Source: a bacterium
GTDB lineage: Bacteria; UBA8248
Reading direction: 5' to 3'
Assembly: GCA_965203325.1 (NCBI GenBank)
Contig: OZ241875.1
Span: 128,001 to 192,000 of the forward strand
DNA: 64,000 bases
Shown here: piece after piece, positions 10,567-21,420 of the stretch
Position numbering within the stretch: the first letter of the stretch is position 1
Layout: each line of letters begins with the position of its first letter
Program-made: the position numbers and the translations under genes
Notes under the pieces: generated by a model
The model's database searches: none
What the model was told of the DNA's origin: nothing
The model's input: only the letters and a program-made list of their open reading frames with translations

Positions 10567-13386
10567 TTATCTTCCGCAGCAAAACTTGTATTTTTTGCCG
10601 CTACCGCAAGGACAAGGTTCATTACGGCCAACCTTGGGGGTAGCTCGTCTTACAGGCGTGGATGTCTGTATCGCCTCGCCGGCGGGAGCATCTCCAAATC
10701 CCGAAGCGTCCGCATGGGAAAACACCATTTCTTGTTCATGGCGTGATTCTTCCAAGGCGACATCCTCATCCGAAATATCAAGGCGATACATATAGAGTAC
10801 CGTCTCTGCCTCGATTCTTTCTGTCATTGTTCCGAACATGTCGAAAGCTTCTTTCTTGTATTCGTTCAAGGGGTTTACCTGTGCATAGCCCCTCAGCCCA
10901 ATTCCCTCTTTGAGTTGTTCTATGTTGGTCAGATGATCCTTCCACTGGGTATCCAAGATTTGGATATAGATGAGTTTGGAGAGTTCCAGGACAGTTTCAG
11001 GAGCAAAGTCGCGGTATTTATCCTCAAAAACGTTTTGCACGAGATTGTCGACTCTTTGAACGAGTTCATCTCTTAATTCCTCTTCGATATCTACCACCAT
11101 GGGTTCGGAGGTTGAGAAAATGACTTTTTGTCCCTCCACTGTCGCGTGGATACCATATTGACTCTCAACCGCGCCCGCGAAAGCCTCCAAATCCCAATCT
11201 TCAAAATGTTCTGATTCCGGTAAATGCAAATCAACAATGGAATCAAGAATGCCAGATGCAAACTCTCTGATTCGCTCGAGTACATCGGTACCTTCTAAAA
11301 TTTCTCGACGCATCGAATAGATAACCTCGCGTTGCTTATTCATCACGTCATCATATTCGAGAAGATGTTTTCTCATTTCGAAGTGATGCGCCTCGACACG
11401 TTTCTGAGCGTTCTCGATGGCACGCGTCACCATCCTTGCTTCTATGGGCACTCCTTCCTCCATGCCCAACTTTTCCATCAGGCCCTTGATTCTGTCGGAA
11501 CCGAAAATACGCAACAAATCATCTTCAAGGGAAAGGAAAAATCGCGAACTCCCTGGGTCTCCTTGCCTGCCCGATCGGCCACGGAGCTGGTTGTCAATGC
11601 GACGGCTTTCATGGCGTTCGGTACCCAACACATGAAGGCCCCCTTGCTTGACCACTTCGTCATGCTCAGCTTGGCAAGATATCCGAAAATCCTTCAAAGC
11701 CTCTTCATACTCAGGGCCTTCATTCGTATTCGTTTTGGAAGAAGCGAGAAACTCAGGATTGCCGCCAAGGAGGATATCCGTTCCACGACCAGCCATATTC
11801 GTGGAAATGGTGACAGCTCCCTTGCGTCCTGCCTGTGCGATGATTTCTGCTTCTTTGCTGTGGTTTTTTGCGTTGAGCACGTGATGTGGAATACGTCTTC
11901 TTTTAAGAATCGAGGCGAGTCTTTCGCTTTTTTCTATGTTTATTGTACCTACTAATACCGGTTGCCCTCTCTGATGGCATTCAAGTATCTCATCCACAAC
12001 GGCATCTATCTTTTCTCGCTCAGAGCGGTACACCACGTCGGGATATTCGGTTCGAATCAGTTCGCGATTCGTCGGCACTACAGCTACATCTATTTTGTAG
12101 GTAGAATTGAATTCTGCTGCTTCGGTATCCGCTGTGCCGGTCATGCCGGCCAATTTGTTGTAAAGCCTGAAATAATTTTGAAATGTGATGGTCGCCAAAG
12201 TCACATTTTCTTCCTGAATCTTGACACCCTCTTTCGCCTCTAGTGCCTGGTGGAGGCCATCACTAAAACGTCGGCCTGGCATCATACGCCCCGTGAACTC
12301 ATCGACTATGACAACCTCGTTGTCCTTCACAACATAATCGATATCTTTGGTGAACAGTACGTGCGCCTTTAGGGCCTGTTCCACATGGTGCAGCACCGTA
12401 ATGCTGTTCATATCATACAAACTTTGGTCATTTGCCATGATGCCGGAGCGGCGGAGAAGTTTTTCGGCCTCATGCCCACCCGCTTCTTTCAGGTTTACCG
12501 TCCGACTTTTTTCATCAACAATTAGATGTTCGTATTTCTTCTTGCTAATGACATCTTTGCCGCCCTCGACATACCCATCGTCTTCTTCCTCGCTGTCTAT
12601 CTCGACAACGCCTTGTTGCTCTTTGAGCAGGGGGCGTATGACGCGGTTTATAACGCCATACAGCCGCGTGGCTTCATCCGCCGGCCCACTGATGATGAGA
12701 GGAGTCCTGGCTTCATCGATCAATATGCTGTCGACTTCATCCACGATGGCGTAATTTAATTCACCCATGACGCGAGTGCCGGGCTCGAATTTCATGTTGT
12801 CTCTCAAATAATCGAACCCGAACTCGTTATTGGTGCCATATGTAATGTCGCAGGCATATGCGCGGCGACGCGCGTCATCATCCATGCCATGTTGAATACA
12901 CCCGACAGTAAGACCCAGCGCCCTGAAGAGACGGCCCATCCATTCAGAATCACGACTCGCAAGATAATCATTCACGGTAACGATGTGCACACCCTTGCCC
13001 TCTAAGGCATTCAAATAGGCCGCAAGAGTAGCGACGAGGGTTTTGCCTTCCCCGGTTTTCATCTCGGCGATTTTTCCGCCGTGCAGAATAGTGCCTCCGA
13101 TGAGTTGAACGTCAAAATGACGCATTTGAAGATGACGCCAGCCCGCTTCTCGCACCAAAGCGAATGCTTCCGGCAAAATGTCATCCAATGTTTCATCGGC
13201 GGTGAGCCGCTCTTTGAAGCGCTTTGTCTCCTCGCGCATCTGTGCATCGGTCATCTCTTTCACGCGGGATTCATGAGAACTGATCTCCGCGACCACCGGG
13301 TGCATTTTCTTGAGCAGACGGTCATTCGCCGTCCCGAAAACAGATTTGAACATCGATTTGCTTGATTCAAGAACCGAGCCTATCAT
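10567..13386 (-). CDS. secA: Preprotein translocase subunit SecA
   Basis: [59 protein letters not shown]-terminal [18 protein letters not shown]. Confidence 0.99.
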   Translation of the reverse strand: MIGSVLESSKSMFKSVFGTANDRLLKKMHPVVAEISSHESRVKEMTDAQMREETKRFKERLTADETLDDILPEAFALVREAGWRHLQMRHFDVQLIGGTILHGGKIAEMKTGEGKTLVATLAAYLNALEGKGVHIVTVNDYLASRDSEWMGRLFRALGLTVGCIQHGMDDDARRRAYACDITYGTNNEFGFDYLRDNMKFEPGTRVMGELNYAIVDEVDSILIDEARTPLIISGPADEATRLYGVINRVIRPLLKEQQGVVEIDSEEEDDGYVEGGKDVISKKKYEHLIVDEKSRTVNLKEAGGHEAEKLLRRSGIMANDQSLYDMNSITVLHHVEQALKAHVLFTKDIDYVVKDNEVVIVDEFTGRMMPGRRFSDGLHQALEAKEGVKIQEENVTLATITFQNYFRLYNKLAGMTGTADTEAAEFNSTYKIDVAVVPTNRELIRTEYPDVVYRSEREKIDAVVDEILECHQRGQPVLVGTINIEKSERLASILKRRRIPHHVLNAKNHSKEAEIIAQAGRKGAVTISTNMAGRGTDILLGGNPEFLASSKTNTNEGPEYEEALKDFRISCQAEHDEVVKQGGLHVLGTERHESRRIDNQLRGRSGRQGDPGSSRFFLSLEDDLLRIFGSDRIKGLMEKLGMEEGVPIEARMVTRAIENAQKRVEAHHFEMRKHLLEYDDVMNKQREVIYSMRREILEGTDVLERIREFASGILDSIVDLHLPESEHFEDWDLEAFAGAVESQYGIHATVEGQKVIFSTSEPMVVDIEEELRDELVQRVDNLVQNVFEDKYRDFAPETVLELSKLIYIQILDTQWKDHLTNIEQLKEGIGLRGYAQVNPLNEYKKEAFDMFGTMTERIEAETVLYMYRLDISDEDVALEESRHEQEMVFSHADASGFGDAPAGEAIQTSTPVRRATPKVGRNEPCPCGSGKKYKFCCGR

Positions 13387-13496
13387 TCATCACTCCATGG
13401 GGTTCATGCGTACGGACGCCTTTGATGCAAACATAGACTACCATGGTGTCTTGGGGAGAAAAAGCGTGTGCGTCAGGCGGGATGATGGCTATTTAT

Positions 13497-14402
13497 TTAC
13501 TCTACGATATATAATCTGGGGTTGACTGCGACTCCGTTTATCCTAACTTCATAGTGAAGATGTGGCCCGGTAGATCTTCCAGTGGAACCAACTTTGGCAA
13601 TAATGTCACCTCTTTTTACACGTTGGCCGACTTTCACCAAATTCACGCTATTATGAGCAAATGTTGTAACAATACCCTGCATGTGCTGGATTCGAACAGT
13701 TTTCCCAAACCCTCCTATTCTTTTGGTGCTAATGACGACACCATCCGCCGGGGCGAATATGGGGGTTCCTATCCTTGCGACGACATCAATTCCAGCATGA
13801 AATTCTCGCCGATTCGTAAACGGGGAGCGCCTGTAACCGAAGCTAGACGAGAGCCAACCCTTAACAGGCCATATAGAGGGTGTGTGAGCGAGCAATACAC
13901 TTTTGTCGCGGAACGTTCTCAATAAGTCTTTGAACGCACTTTCTTGCTCAGTAGCGCGCTTTTCGATGTCTTGGAATTGACGATTTAATCTCCGAATAAA
14001 CCTTTGTTCAGACGGGGTGAGTTTCTCCAGGTCTTCGGGCAGCGCGTCTTTTGAGACACCTCCTACACCCAAGTCGTCTTTTTGTTTGCCCGGTTTCAGT
14101 GAGGCCATGATTCGAAGTTGGTCTTCAAGTTGCTTGAGTTGTATCAGGTTGTCGTCTAGGGATTGGAGCTTGACGTTGAATTTTTCGAGAAGCTCCTTTT
14201 GTGTTTGGTTTTGCTTTTCCAGAGGGGGGAGTTTAGCTAAATGCTTTGCTGTGTGAATCCTCTCTTGTGCAAGGTAAAGCGTCGTTCCAACGAGAGAACA
14301 AAAACCAAAGAGCAATAAGATTAGCATTCCCCTGGTGATACTAACCCGTCGGGTACCGCTGGAATTGCTCGGTATCACTATAATGGTGTACTTCTTACCC
14401 AT
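13497..14402 (-). CDS. M23 family metallopeptidase with N-terminal TM and coiled coil
   Basis: HAGID, AHN, STGPHLHYEV; start moved to ATG at 14402, which follows a GGAGG RBS. Confidence 0.9.
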   Translation of the reverse strand: MGKKYTIIVIPSNSSGTRRVSITRGMLILLLFGFCSLVGTTLYLAQERIHTAKHLAKLPPLEKQNQTQKELLEKFNVKLQSLDDNLIQLKQLEDQLRIMASLKPGKQKDDLGVGGVSKDALPEDLEKLTPSEQRFIRRLNRQFQDIEKRATEQESAFKDLLRTFRDKSVLLAHTPSIWPVKGWLSSSFGYRRSPFTNRREFHAGIDVVARIGTPIFAPADGVVISTKRIGGFGKTVRIQHMQGIVTTFAHNSVNLVKVGQRVKRGDIIAKVGSTGRSTGPHLHYEVRINGVAVNPRLYIVE

Positions 14403-14491
14403 GGGGTACACCTCCCAGGAACTTGCTAAAATGTTTATTTTGCAAATGGAAGCAAGTGTTTCCCCAGTCACTCACTCATAGTAGATAAAAC

Positions 14492-14520
14492 AAATTATCA
14501 AGGCTGCGGAGACAAGTCAA
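14492..14520 (-). promoter_or_regulatory. Candidate sigma70 promoter for M23-secA
   Basis: TTGACT-N17-TAATTT on the minus strand. Confidence 0.45.
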
Positions 14521-14566
14521 ACTAATATTTGGAACGATAAGCAGTTGTATTTACAGAAATCCCTAT

Positions 14567-15397
14567 TCAACGCATTACAGCTCCCGAGTCGACCAGAATA
14601 GCTTGACCGGTAATAGTTTTCGCATCATCGCTCGCTAAAAAGGCGACCGCACGTCCAATATCTTCAGTCGATTGCTCAATTCCCATAGGTGTTTGTTCAA
14701 CAAAATAGTCGAAAACTTCTCTGGCAGTTTTTCCTTTGAAATTTGGGAATTTTTTTCTGAACTGAGTGGCCAACTGTTCCCACATCGCGCTCCAGATTAG
14801 ACCTGGACAAACTGCGTTCACTGTAATGCCTGAGCGAGCTACTTCCCGCGCAAGTGCCTGGGTGAAAATAATTACCGCCGCTTTGCTCGCGCTGTAATGA
14901 GGTATGGTTTCGCGGCCATCACGTCCGGCACGCGAGGAGATATTGATGATACGCCCCCAACCTTTCCCTTTCATCTTTTCAAGCGATGCTTGACACAGCA
15001 AAAAGACACCCTTGACGTTGACGTTGTACGTGTCGTCCCAATCATCTTCATTGATGTCGGATAGAGGCATACCTAGCTTGAAATCCGCCCCGCCAATGAC
15101 GCCGGCATTGTTGACCACAATGTCCAAGCTGCTGAATTTCTTGTTGATCGCATCTACGATGTCTTCGCATTGACTCTTGTCCGTTACATCAAGTGTATAG
15201 GGAATGGCGTTAACATCGAATTTTCCCATTTCTTCCGCAGCCACCTCAGCACCGGATTTGGAGATGTCGGCCAATGCCAAATGGACACCCTCTTCTGCCA
15301 AGCATCGAGCGATGCCGCGACCTATTCCACCTCCAGCGCCGGTGATGAGCGCCACCTTGCCTTTAAGACCGCGTTCTCTTACCGCTGGGGAAGACAT
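14567..15397 (-). CDS. SDR family NAD(P)-dependent oxidoreductase
   Basis: TGAGGGIG, NNAG, YSASK motifs. Confidence 0.92.
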   Translation of the reverse strand: MSSPAVRERGLKGKVALITGAGGGIGRGIARCLAEEGVHLALADISKSGAEVAAEEMGKFDVNAIPYTLDVTDKSQCEDIVDAINKKFSSLDIVVNNAGVIGGADFKLGMPLSDINEDDWDDTYNVNVKGVFLLCQASLEKMKGKGWGRIINISSRAGRDGRETIPHYSASKAAVIIFTQALAREVARSGITVNAVCPGLIWSAMWEQLATQFRKKFPNFKGKTAREVFDYFVEQTPMGIEQSTEDIGRAVAFLASDDAKTITGQAILVDSGAVMR

Positions 15398-15400
15398 CGC

Positions 15401-15799
15401 TTATTTTCCATACCCTGTCATGGCCCCTCCTGCTTCTAACCAATCCTCAAATACCTGAAGGCTTTCTAAAACAGCGGGGACGCCGCTGTATGGCGACATC
15501 TGAAAAATCACCTCCATGATTTCTTCATCCGTTGCACCGTAACTTCGCGCGGCCGTGAAATGGGAGCGCATCTGGTTGAATCGTCCCGTGACACATAAAG
15601 CAGCGAGTGCGCAAAACTCTCTGGTCTTGTGCGGAAGAACATCGCGATCATACAGCCCCCCGTGAACGAATCGCTGGAACAACATGGAGAAATCAGGATC
15701 GAGTTTGTTCAGTCTGCCAAACAGTTTTTCCGTGTAACCTTCTCCGTATTGCGTATCCCCGCGCCGAATCGCCGGTGGATAAAATTCTTCGGTCATCAA
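15401..15799 (-). CDS. Carboxymuconolactone decarboxylase family protein
   Basis: L..KTREFCALAAL, H..AA..YGAT.EEIMEV, YSGVP pattern. Confidence 0.85.
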   Translation of the reverse strand: MMTEEFYPPAIRRGDTQYGEGYTEKLFGRLNKLDPDFSMLFQRFVHGGLYDRDVLPHKTREFCALAALCVTGRFNQMRSHFTAARSYGATDEEIMEVIFQMSPYSGVPAVLESLQVFEDWLEAGGAMTGYGK

Positions 15800-15831
15800 T
15801 CATTCTCCCCAGATGTAATGCTCAAAATCCG

Positions 15832-16764
15832 CTAGTCTGCTTTTATAATTTCGTTGCGCAAACGACCCAGCCCGCCGATTTCCACTTCCACCACATCACC
15901 CGGCGTTAGAAACGAGGGTGTTTCTCGAGCGTATCCCACACCCGAAGGCGTACCCGTCAAAAAGATATCGCCCGGCTCCAGGGTGAAACCTTCTGAAAGT
16001 ACCGAGATCATCGACGGAATATCGTGGATCATCATGTTCGTGTTCGAATCCTGGCGTGCTTCGCCATTCACCCAGCTTTTTACGGTTTGGTTCATCGGGT
16101 CGCCATAGTCCTCTTTGGGAACAATGTATGGTCCAAGCGGACATGTTCCATCAAGGGTCTTGCCCTTGAAAATCTGCTTATGGCGCCTTTGAATATCTCT
16201 CGCGGAGATGTCGTTGGCGCAGCAATAGCCGAAGACGTGTTCATAAACTTCATCCTTGGGGATATTTCTCCCTTTTTTGCCGATGATGACGGCGATTTCA
16301 GCTTCGTAATCTAGCTTTTCCGTCACCCGGTGCGCGGGTATGCCCTCATTGTGTCCGATGAGGGTGCTCTGGGCCTTGGTGAAGAATATGGGGTGGTCGA
16401 GCTCGACCCTTGTCGTTTGCACATCCTTTGCCTGTAATCCCTCGTTTACATGGTCCTGGTAGTTGAGCCCCATGCAAAGAACATGCTTGGGCGGATGGGG
16501 AATCGGGGATATGTGGTGCACATCTTCGGGCGCCATGAGGACGGGAGCTAAATCTTTCTCGTTTTCCTCCGCCCGTGCGACCAACTCATGAAGCGCAGGT
16601 CCATGAGTTTCCCAAGAATTTATGAGTTCAATCATACTGCCGAATGCGAGTTCTTTCTTTCCCAGAATCCCGGCCAGACGCGACAGGTGAGCGATTTTCC
16701 CCCCGACATACACGCCGACTCTCTCAAGCCCTCTGTAATTGTAAGACAACAGTTTCATTCGCAT
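15832..16764 (-). CDS. Fumarylacetoacetate hydrolase family protein
   Basis: GLNY..H, DYEAE, NDISARD, KGK, TGTPSGVG. Confidence 0.92.
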   Translation of the reverse strand: MRMKLLSYNYRGLERVGVYVGGKIAHLSRLAGILGKKELAFGSMIELINSWETHGPALHELVARAEENEKDLAPVLMAPEDVHHISPIPHPPKHVLCMGLNYQDHVNEGLQAKDVQTTRVELDHPIFFTKAQSTLIGHNEGIPAHRVTEKLDYEAEIAVIIGKKGRNIPKDEVYEHVFGYCCANDISARDIQRRHKQIFKGKTLDGTCPLGPYIVPKEDYGDPMNQTVKSWVNGEARQDSNTNMMIHDIPSMISVLSEGFTLEPGDIFLTGTPSGVGYARETPSFLTPGDVVEVEIGGLGRLRNEIIKAD

Positions 16765-16790
16765 CTCCTAGTGAAAAGATTCGCGGATAT

Positions 16791-17879
16791 TCAGGAAACT
16801 TTGTAGCGTTCGAGCGCATCCGGCGTAAATTCCACGCCGTGACCGGGCGCGTCTGGGACATTGATACACCCGTCGCGCACCGTGAAGTCTTGCGTGAAAT
16901 CATCGGGAGAGAAAAATTCCATGTATTCGACCATATAGCCCCGGGGCGTCGCGCCCACGAGGCTCACCGACAATTCATGGGCCAGATGACTGCTCAGGGA
17001 AATGTTGAAGGCATCGGCCAGATGCGCAACTTTGATGAATTCCGTCACCCCGCCGCAGCGGCAAACATCGGGTTGTAAAAAGCCCACCGCGCGGCGCTCG
17101 CATATCTCCCGGAACCCCCAGCGCATGTAGGCGTTCTCGCCCGCTGCCGTGGGCACCATGCTCTTCTCCGCCACCTCCGCGAGGTCATCGACGCAATCGG
17201 CCAGTACGGGCTCTTCGAACCAGGCAACGCCGTATTCCGCCAGCATTGACGAAACTTCGACAGCCTCGCGCACGTTGTAGTTCTGGTTCGCATCGCAAAA
17301 GAGAATGAAATCCTCTCCCACATTCTTCCGGAGGTATTCGAGCCGCTCTGCGTCGCGCGGCGTGCCGATTTTAAGTTTGTAGCCGCTCATCCCGAGCGAG
17401 GCGGCCTCCTGGGCTTCTTCAAGCAGTTCCGAATCCGGGAGCGTATGCCAGCCCCCGCTCCCGTAGACCGGCATTTTCTGGCGAAATCCGCCCAGCAGGC
17501 GATTGAGCGGCAGGCCGGCGACTTTCGCCACGATGTCCCAGCAGGCGATGTCCACGGCGGAGAGGGAGTACAAGCCCAATCCGCCGCGCATCCTCGCCTT
17601 GTTCGGCGCCCACATGCGATTCCAGAGCGCCTCGGGGGCCAGTGCGTCCTGCCCGATTGCCAATGGCGCCAATTCGTTTTCGATGTAGGGCAGCATGGCG
17701 GCGCCGCCCTCACCTCCCAGGCCCATCGTGAAACCCGTGCCGCTCGGGCCGCCTTCGGTATGCAGGTGCACCACGACGACGTCGAGATGCGTATAGGCGC
17801 CGAGCGAACTCTGAAATGTTTTCTTGAGGGGTACCTTGAGTGGCACCGCCTCGAGTGAGCGTATGGCCAATTTTGTCAT
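16791..17879 (-). CDS. Mandelate racemase / muconate lactonizing enzyme family (enolase superfamily)
   Basis: SAVDIACWD, KLK, DAN, WFEEP, AGEN, QPD motifs. Confidence 0.92.
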   Translation of the reverse strand: MTKLAIRSLEAVPLKVPLKKTFQSSLGAYTHLDVVVVHLHTEGGPSGTGFTMGLGGEGGAAMLPYIENELAPLAIGQDALAPEALWNRMWAPNKARMRGGLGLYSLSAVDIACWDIVAKVAGLPLNRLLGGFRQKMPVYGSGGWHTLPDSELLEEAQEAASLGMSGYKLKIGTPRDAERLEYLRKNVGEDFILFCDANQNYNVREAVEVSSMLAEYGVAWFEEPVLADCVDDLAEVAEKSMVPTAAGENAYMRWGFREICERRAVGFLQPDVCRCGGVTEFIKVAHLADAFNISLSSHLAHELSVSLVGATPRGYMVEYMEFFSPDDFTQDFTVRDGCINVPDAPGHGVEFTPDALERYKVS

Positions 17880-17889
17880 TTCGTCTCCG

Positions 17890-19065
17890 CTATAAGAACT
17901 TCATCGAACGAATGCGCATCACCTGGTTCGTTCCGTCGGAATGCAGGAAACTGGTCACGTCTCTCATATATTTCTCCATCGGGGCATCCGTCATGTAACC
18001 GGTGCCGCCCCACACTTCCAACGCGCGCGTGGCGATCCGGTATGACGATTCGGACACGAAACACTTGGTCATGAAACCCATCTTGGGGTCGTATAGGCCT
18101 TCTTGGCCCACCGTCCAGGCGGCGTAGTGGAGCAGCCTCCGGCTCGCTTCGTATTCGGCGAAACAATCCGCCAGCATGAAGCCTATCGCCTGATGCTCGA
18201 TGATCGGCCTGCCCCCCTGAATCCGGCTCCTCGCGTGCGCCAGGGCGTCTTCATAGGCCGCCCGGGCGGTGCCGAGAACGGTGGCGGCCGCTTCGATGTT
18301 CGAGCCGGGAAAGAACTGCCGGCGCGCCTCCATGGCGTGGTTCACTTCCGTGACGCGGTTTTCATCCGGTATCCGGCAATTCTCAAAAATGAGTTCGGCG
18401 TTCAGGGAAAGCCGCTGCCCCATTTTTTCGTGAATCTTCCCGTACCGGAAACCTTCCATGTCCGGCGTGATGAGGAAATACGTCATTCCCTGGGACACGC
18501 CTTTCGCCGGGTCCGTCCGCATGGCGACGATGCAGAGCTTGGCGATTCCGCCGTTGCTGATGTAGCGCTTCTTGCCGTTGGCTATCCAGCCATCGCCGTC
18601 GCGCACGGCGGTCGTCCGAACGCCGGCGTCGGGGCTGTCGTAGGGGACGATGTTGTCAGAACCCGCGGATTCCTCCGTCATCCCGACGGCCATGTGGAAG
18701 CGATGGTCTTCCAGAATGGATTTCAGATAACGCTCCTTCTGGCCGTCATTCGTCAGCTTGTCGAACAGGTGCGATATCTTCCAGGTCTGATCGAACGTGA
18801 CGGCCGTGCCCATATCGCCCCAGGCGAGTTCCTCGCCCACGAGGCAAAGCGTGAGGTTATCGCAGCCCGCACCGCCCAACGCCTCGGGAAGCGCCAGGGT
18901 TCTCAGACCCAGCCTGCTCCCCTTCTCCAGCACCTCCCAGGGGAAACGCTTCATCGGGTCGGGTTCTTTATCCAGCGCCGCCGCCACGGGGCGTATCTCC
19001 TGCGCGGCGAAGTCGTGCGCCCTTTTCTGGAGTTCAACCTGTTCGGGGGTGAGTGTGAAATCCAT
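17890..19065 (-). CDS. Acyl-CoA dehydrogenase family protein
   Basis: MTEESAGSD, NGKKRYISNG, KMGQR, RIQGGRPI, GGTGY. Confidence 0.92.
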   Translation of the reverse strand: MDFTLTPEQVELQKRAHDFAAQEIRPVAAALDKEPDPMKRFPWEVLEKGSRLGLRTLALPEALGGAGCDNLTLCLVGEELAWGDMGTAVTFDQTWKISHLFDKLTNDGQKERYLKSILEDHRFHMAVGMTEESAGSDNIVPYDSPDAGVRTTAVRDGDGWIANGKKRYISNGGIAKLCIVAMRTDPAKGVSQGMTYFLITPDMEGFRYGKIHEKMGQRLSLNAELIFENCRIPDENRVTEVNHAMEARRQFFPGSNIEAAATVLGTARAAYEDALAHARSRIQGGRPIIEHQAIGFMLADCFAEYEASRRLLHYAAWTVGQEGLYDPKMGFMTKCFVSESSYRIATRALEVWGGTGYMTDAPMEKYMRDVTSFLHSDGTNQVMRIRSMKFL

Positions 19066-19772
19066 ATATCATCCTCTCTCTGGTGAGCCGGGCCGTCCGC
19101 CATGCGCCGCCGCGCCCGCGCCAAGCCGCCGTTCAAGATAGTATGGTGCGCCTGATATTATCCCCTCGCACCGGCGCGCGCAATCGGGAACCGTGGTTGA
19201 TGTCCTTCGGGAGAGCAACCCGCCGAACCGGAGAATGGAAGCGCTGTGGGGGAGGTCTTTCGAGCGCCCAAATGCGGGCAATTGCGTGGTCTGAAAAACT
19301 TTTTTTAATTCGATAAATTTCGATAATTACCTAATGTGTTACATTAAATTACATCTGTTATTGCATGTTGTATTTGATGATGCCGAGTTGGTTTTCCCCT
19401 CAAACTTTTTCAGGAATTTATCGATATTTATCGTATTTTTCAGTATTGCAAAATCCGTTTCGCTCATTGCTGTTTCAAGAGATTTCATGCCTCTGCTTCC
19501 CATCCGCATCGCCGAAGCTCCAAAGATTTCAGCACCCCGCCTTCATGGAGGGGCGTCCCGAGATTAGCGCAGAGGCGGCAGAAAGAATCTACCGAAAATG
19601 CGGGGAAATGCGCGGTTCACTCCGGTTCGTGGGGTCAAATCCGACTGATGAGGGCTTGTTCTAAAAACCTCGTCGGAGGAACATCGCTTCTCCCCCCCTG
19701 ACAAGGGCCGTTGAAAAAGTCCGGTGGAGCGATTTTGGTTGAGCGCACGTTTTTGAATTTCACTCCCCCTTG

Positions 19773-20082
19773 AGGGGTCTGTTGAAAAAGGCTCCTTTCC
19801 GCTTCACCCTGAGTAGCGGCGAAGCCGCGCGTATCGAAGGGCCTGTCCTGAGCCTGTCGAAGAGGCCCTCCCTCGCCCTGAAAACCAACCCCCCTACCCC
19901 CCCTTGTCAGGGGGGCAAGAAAAAGCAAAACCCCCGCAGCACGGCGAAGGCGCATCGCCTTTTTATACCCCCCTGACAAGGGGGGGTAGGGGGGTTGCCT
20001 TTCCAGTCGAGAGGACATCCTTCGATACGGCGCTTGCGCGCCTACTCAGGATGAGGTGGATAGGGCTTTTCCAACGACCCCT
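19773..20082. mobile_element. Non-autonomous MITE-like cassette 1 with nested palindromic repeats
   Basis: Outer imperfect TIRs aggggtctgttgaaaaagg / gcttttccaacgacccct; inner IR pairs 19804-19841/20018-20054 and 19887-19915/19968-19996 (perfect 29 bp). Confidence 0.7.
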
Positions 20083-20097
20083 CCCCGCTTGATTTTA

Positions 20098-20814
20098 CTA
20101 CTCGTGATAAATCGCCACGGCGCGCACGGGAGAACCCGTTCCGCCTCGAATCTTGAGCGGCAGGCACGAAAAGATGAACTTCGTGTTCACTACTTCCTTT
20201 AGATTCCCCAGGTTCTCCACGTTCAGCACCTTCCGCTCCCGGCAGACTTTATGCGCCCAGTAGCCCTTGTCGCGAAACGCCTGTGAGGAATCCACGCTCG
20301 GCGAATCGATGCCGACGTTGATGCAGCCCCTGTCCGCCAGCCAGTTCATCGCCGCCTCGGAGAGGCCGGGATAGGTATACAGCCAGTCGTGGTAATCCCC
20401 GCCGTAGTTCGCCTCGTAGTGGCCCGTCCAGATGAGGACTGTTCCCTTCTCGGGTACTTCCAGGTCCGCCCTGGCGCACGCCTCTTCCAGGTCGGCCGGC
20501 TCCATCCAGTCCTCGGTGTTGCAGAATTTCGACATATCCAGGCAAATCGCCTCGTTGTAGAACCACTCGAGGCCCAGTTCGTCGATGGTCTCCCCGTCCT
20601 TGTCGATGTGGTAGAAGGCGTCCACGTGGCTGGGGCCGTGGTCACTCATCACGAGGCAGTTCGACGTCGAGGTATGGCCCGAGGGCGAATTCGCATAGGC
20701 CTTCGCCGTCTCCTCGTGCGTTTTGTTGGGAAAGATGCCCGTCCGCTGGTGGCCGGGGTATACGGGCATGCCGTCAAAAATCTCCTGCGATAAATCCACG
20801 ATGCGAATTGCCAT
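20098..20814 (-). CDS. Cyclase family protein (kynurenine formamidase-like metal-dependent hydrolase)
   Basis: IVDLS, HGPSHVDAFYH, VGIDSPSVD, H...VENL, PLKIRGGTGSPVRAVA. Confidence 0.9.
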   Translation of the reverse strand: MAIRIVDLSQEIFDGMPVYPGHQRTGIFPNKTHEETAKAYANSPSGHTSTSNCLVMSDHGPSHVDAFYHIDKDGETIDELGLEWFYNEAICLDMSKFCNTEDWMEPADLEEACARADLEVPEKGTVLIWTGHYEANYGGDYHDWLYTYPGLSEAAMNWLADRGCINVGIDSPSVDSSQAFRDKGYWAHKVCRERKVLNVENLGNLKEVVNTKFIFSCLPLKIRGGTGSPVRAVAIYHE

Positions 20815-20942
20815 GTCTTTGCTCTCCATTCGTGAACCGGGTGATGGTTGAAAAAGGGATATTTTGCGGAATCTTACCTAAAAATGTTCGATAAATCTTC
20901 CGGGATAAGGTGAAAAATTTCTGTAAGAGAATAAAGGATTCC

Positions 20943-21420
20943 GTAGGGACGGTTCGCGAACCGCTCCTACAATTGAGATCTATATTTTCCTCATTGCGGC
21001 TCGTACGTTGGGGATTGCGCCCCCTACGCACAATAATCCCCGACAAACGGGTGTTGCGTAGGGACAGGTCGCGACCTGTCCGCTTTTGATATTGATTCGT
21101 CATTCCGGCATCAGTCCCGACTGAGGAAGGAGGGATTGACCGGAATCCAGGCGGACGGGAATCGAAGAAAGCTGGGAATGTGGCGACCCGATAGGGTTGT
21201 GGAGAATTCCCTGGACTTCGGGTTCTTTCATCGGTTCTGGATTCCGGCTTTCGCCGGAATGACGACGAAAAGCGGGCGGGCACGGGGGCGCACTCCCGCA
21301 ATCCGTCTCCAAACACTCCTCACCCTGAGTAGCGGCGAAGCCGCGTATCGAAGGGCGCGCATCGAGGAAAGGGGCAACGGGTATCCTTCGATATGGCGCT
21401 CGCGCGCCTACTCAGGATAA
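20943..21420. repeat. Cluster of REP-like palindromes from several families
   Basis: GTAG-type gtagggacggttcgcgaaccg (20943) and gtagggacaggtcgcgacctgtcc (~21058); gtcattccggc...gccggaatgac pair (~21099-21263); caccctgagtag...ctactcaggat pair (21320-21420). Confidence 0.75.

Noticed and set aside
19291..19448. Replication origin (DnaA boxes)
   Set aside because: Boxes are TTATCG, not TTATCCACA, and no dnaA or par genes are nearby
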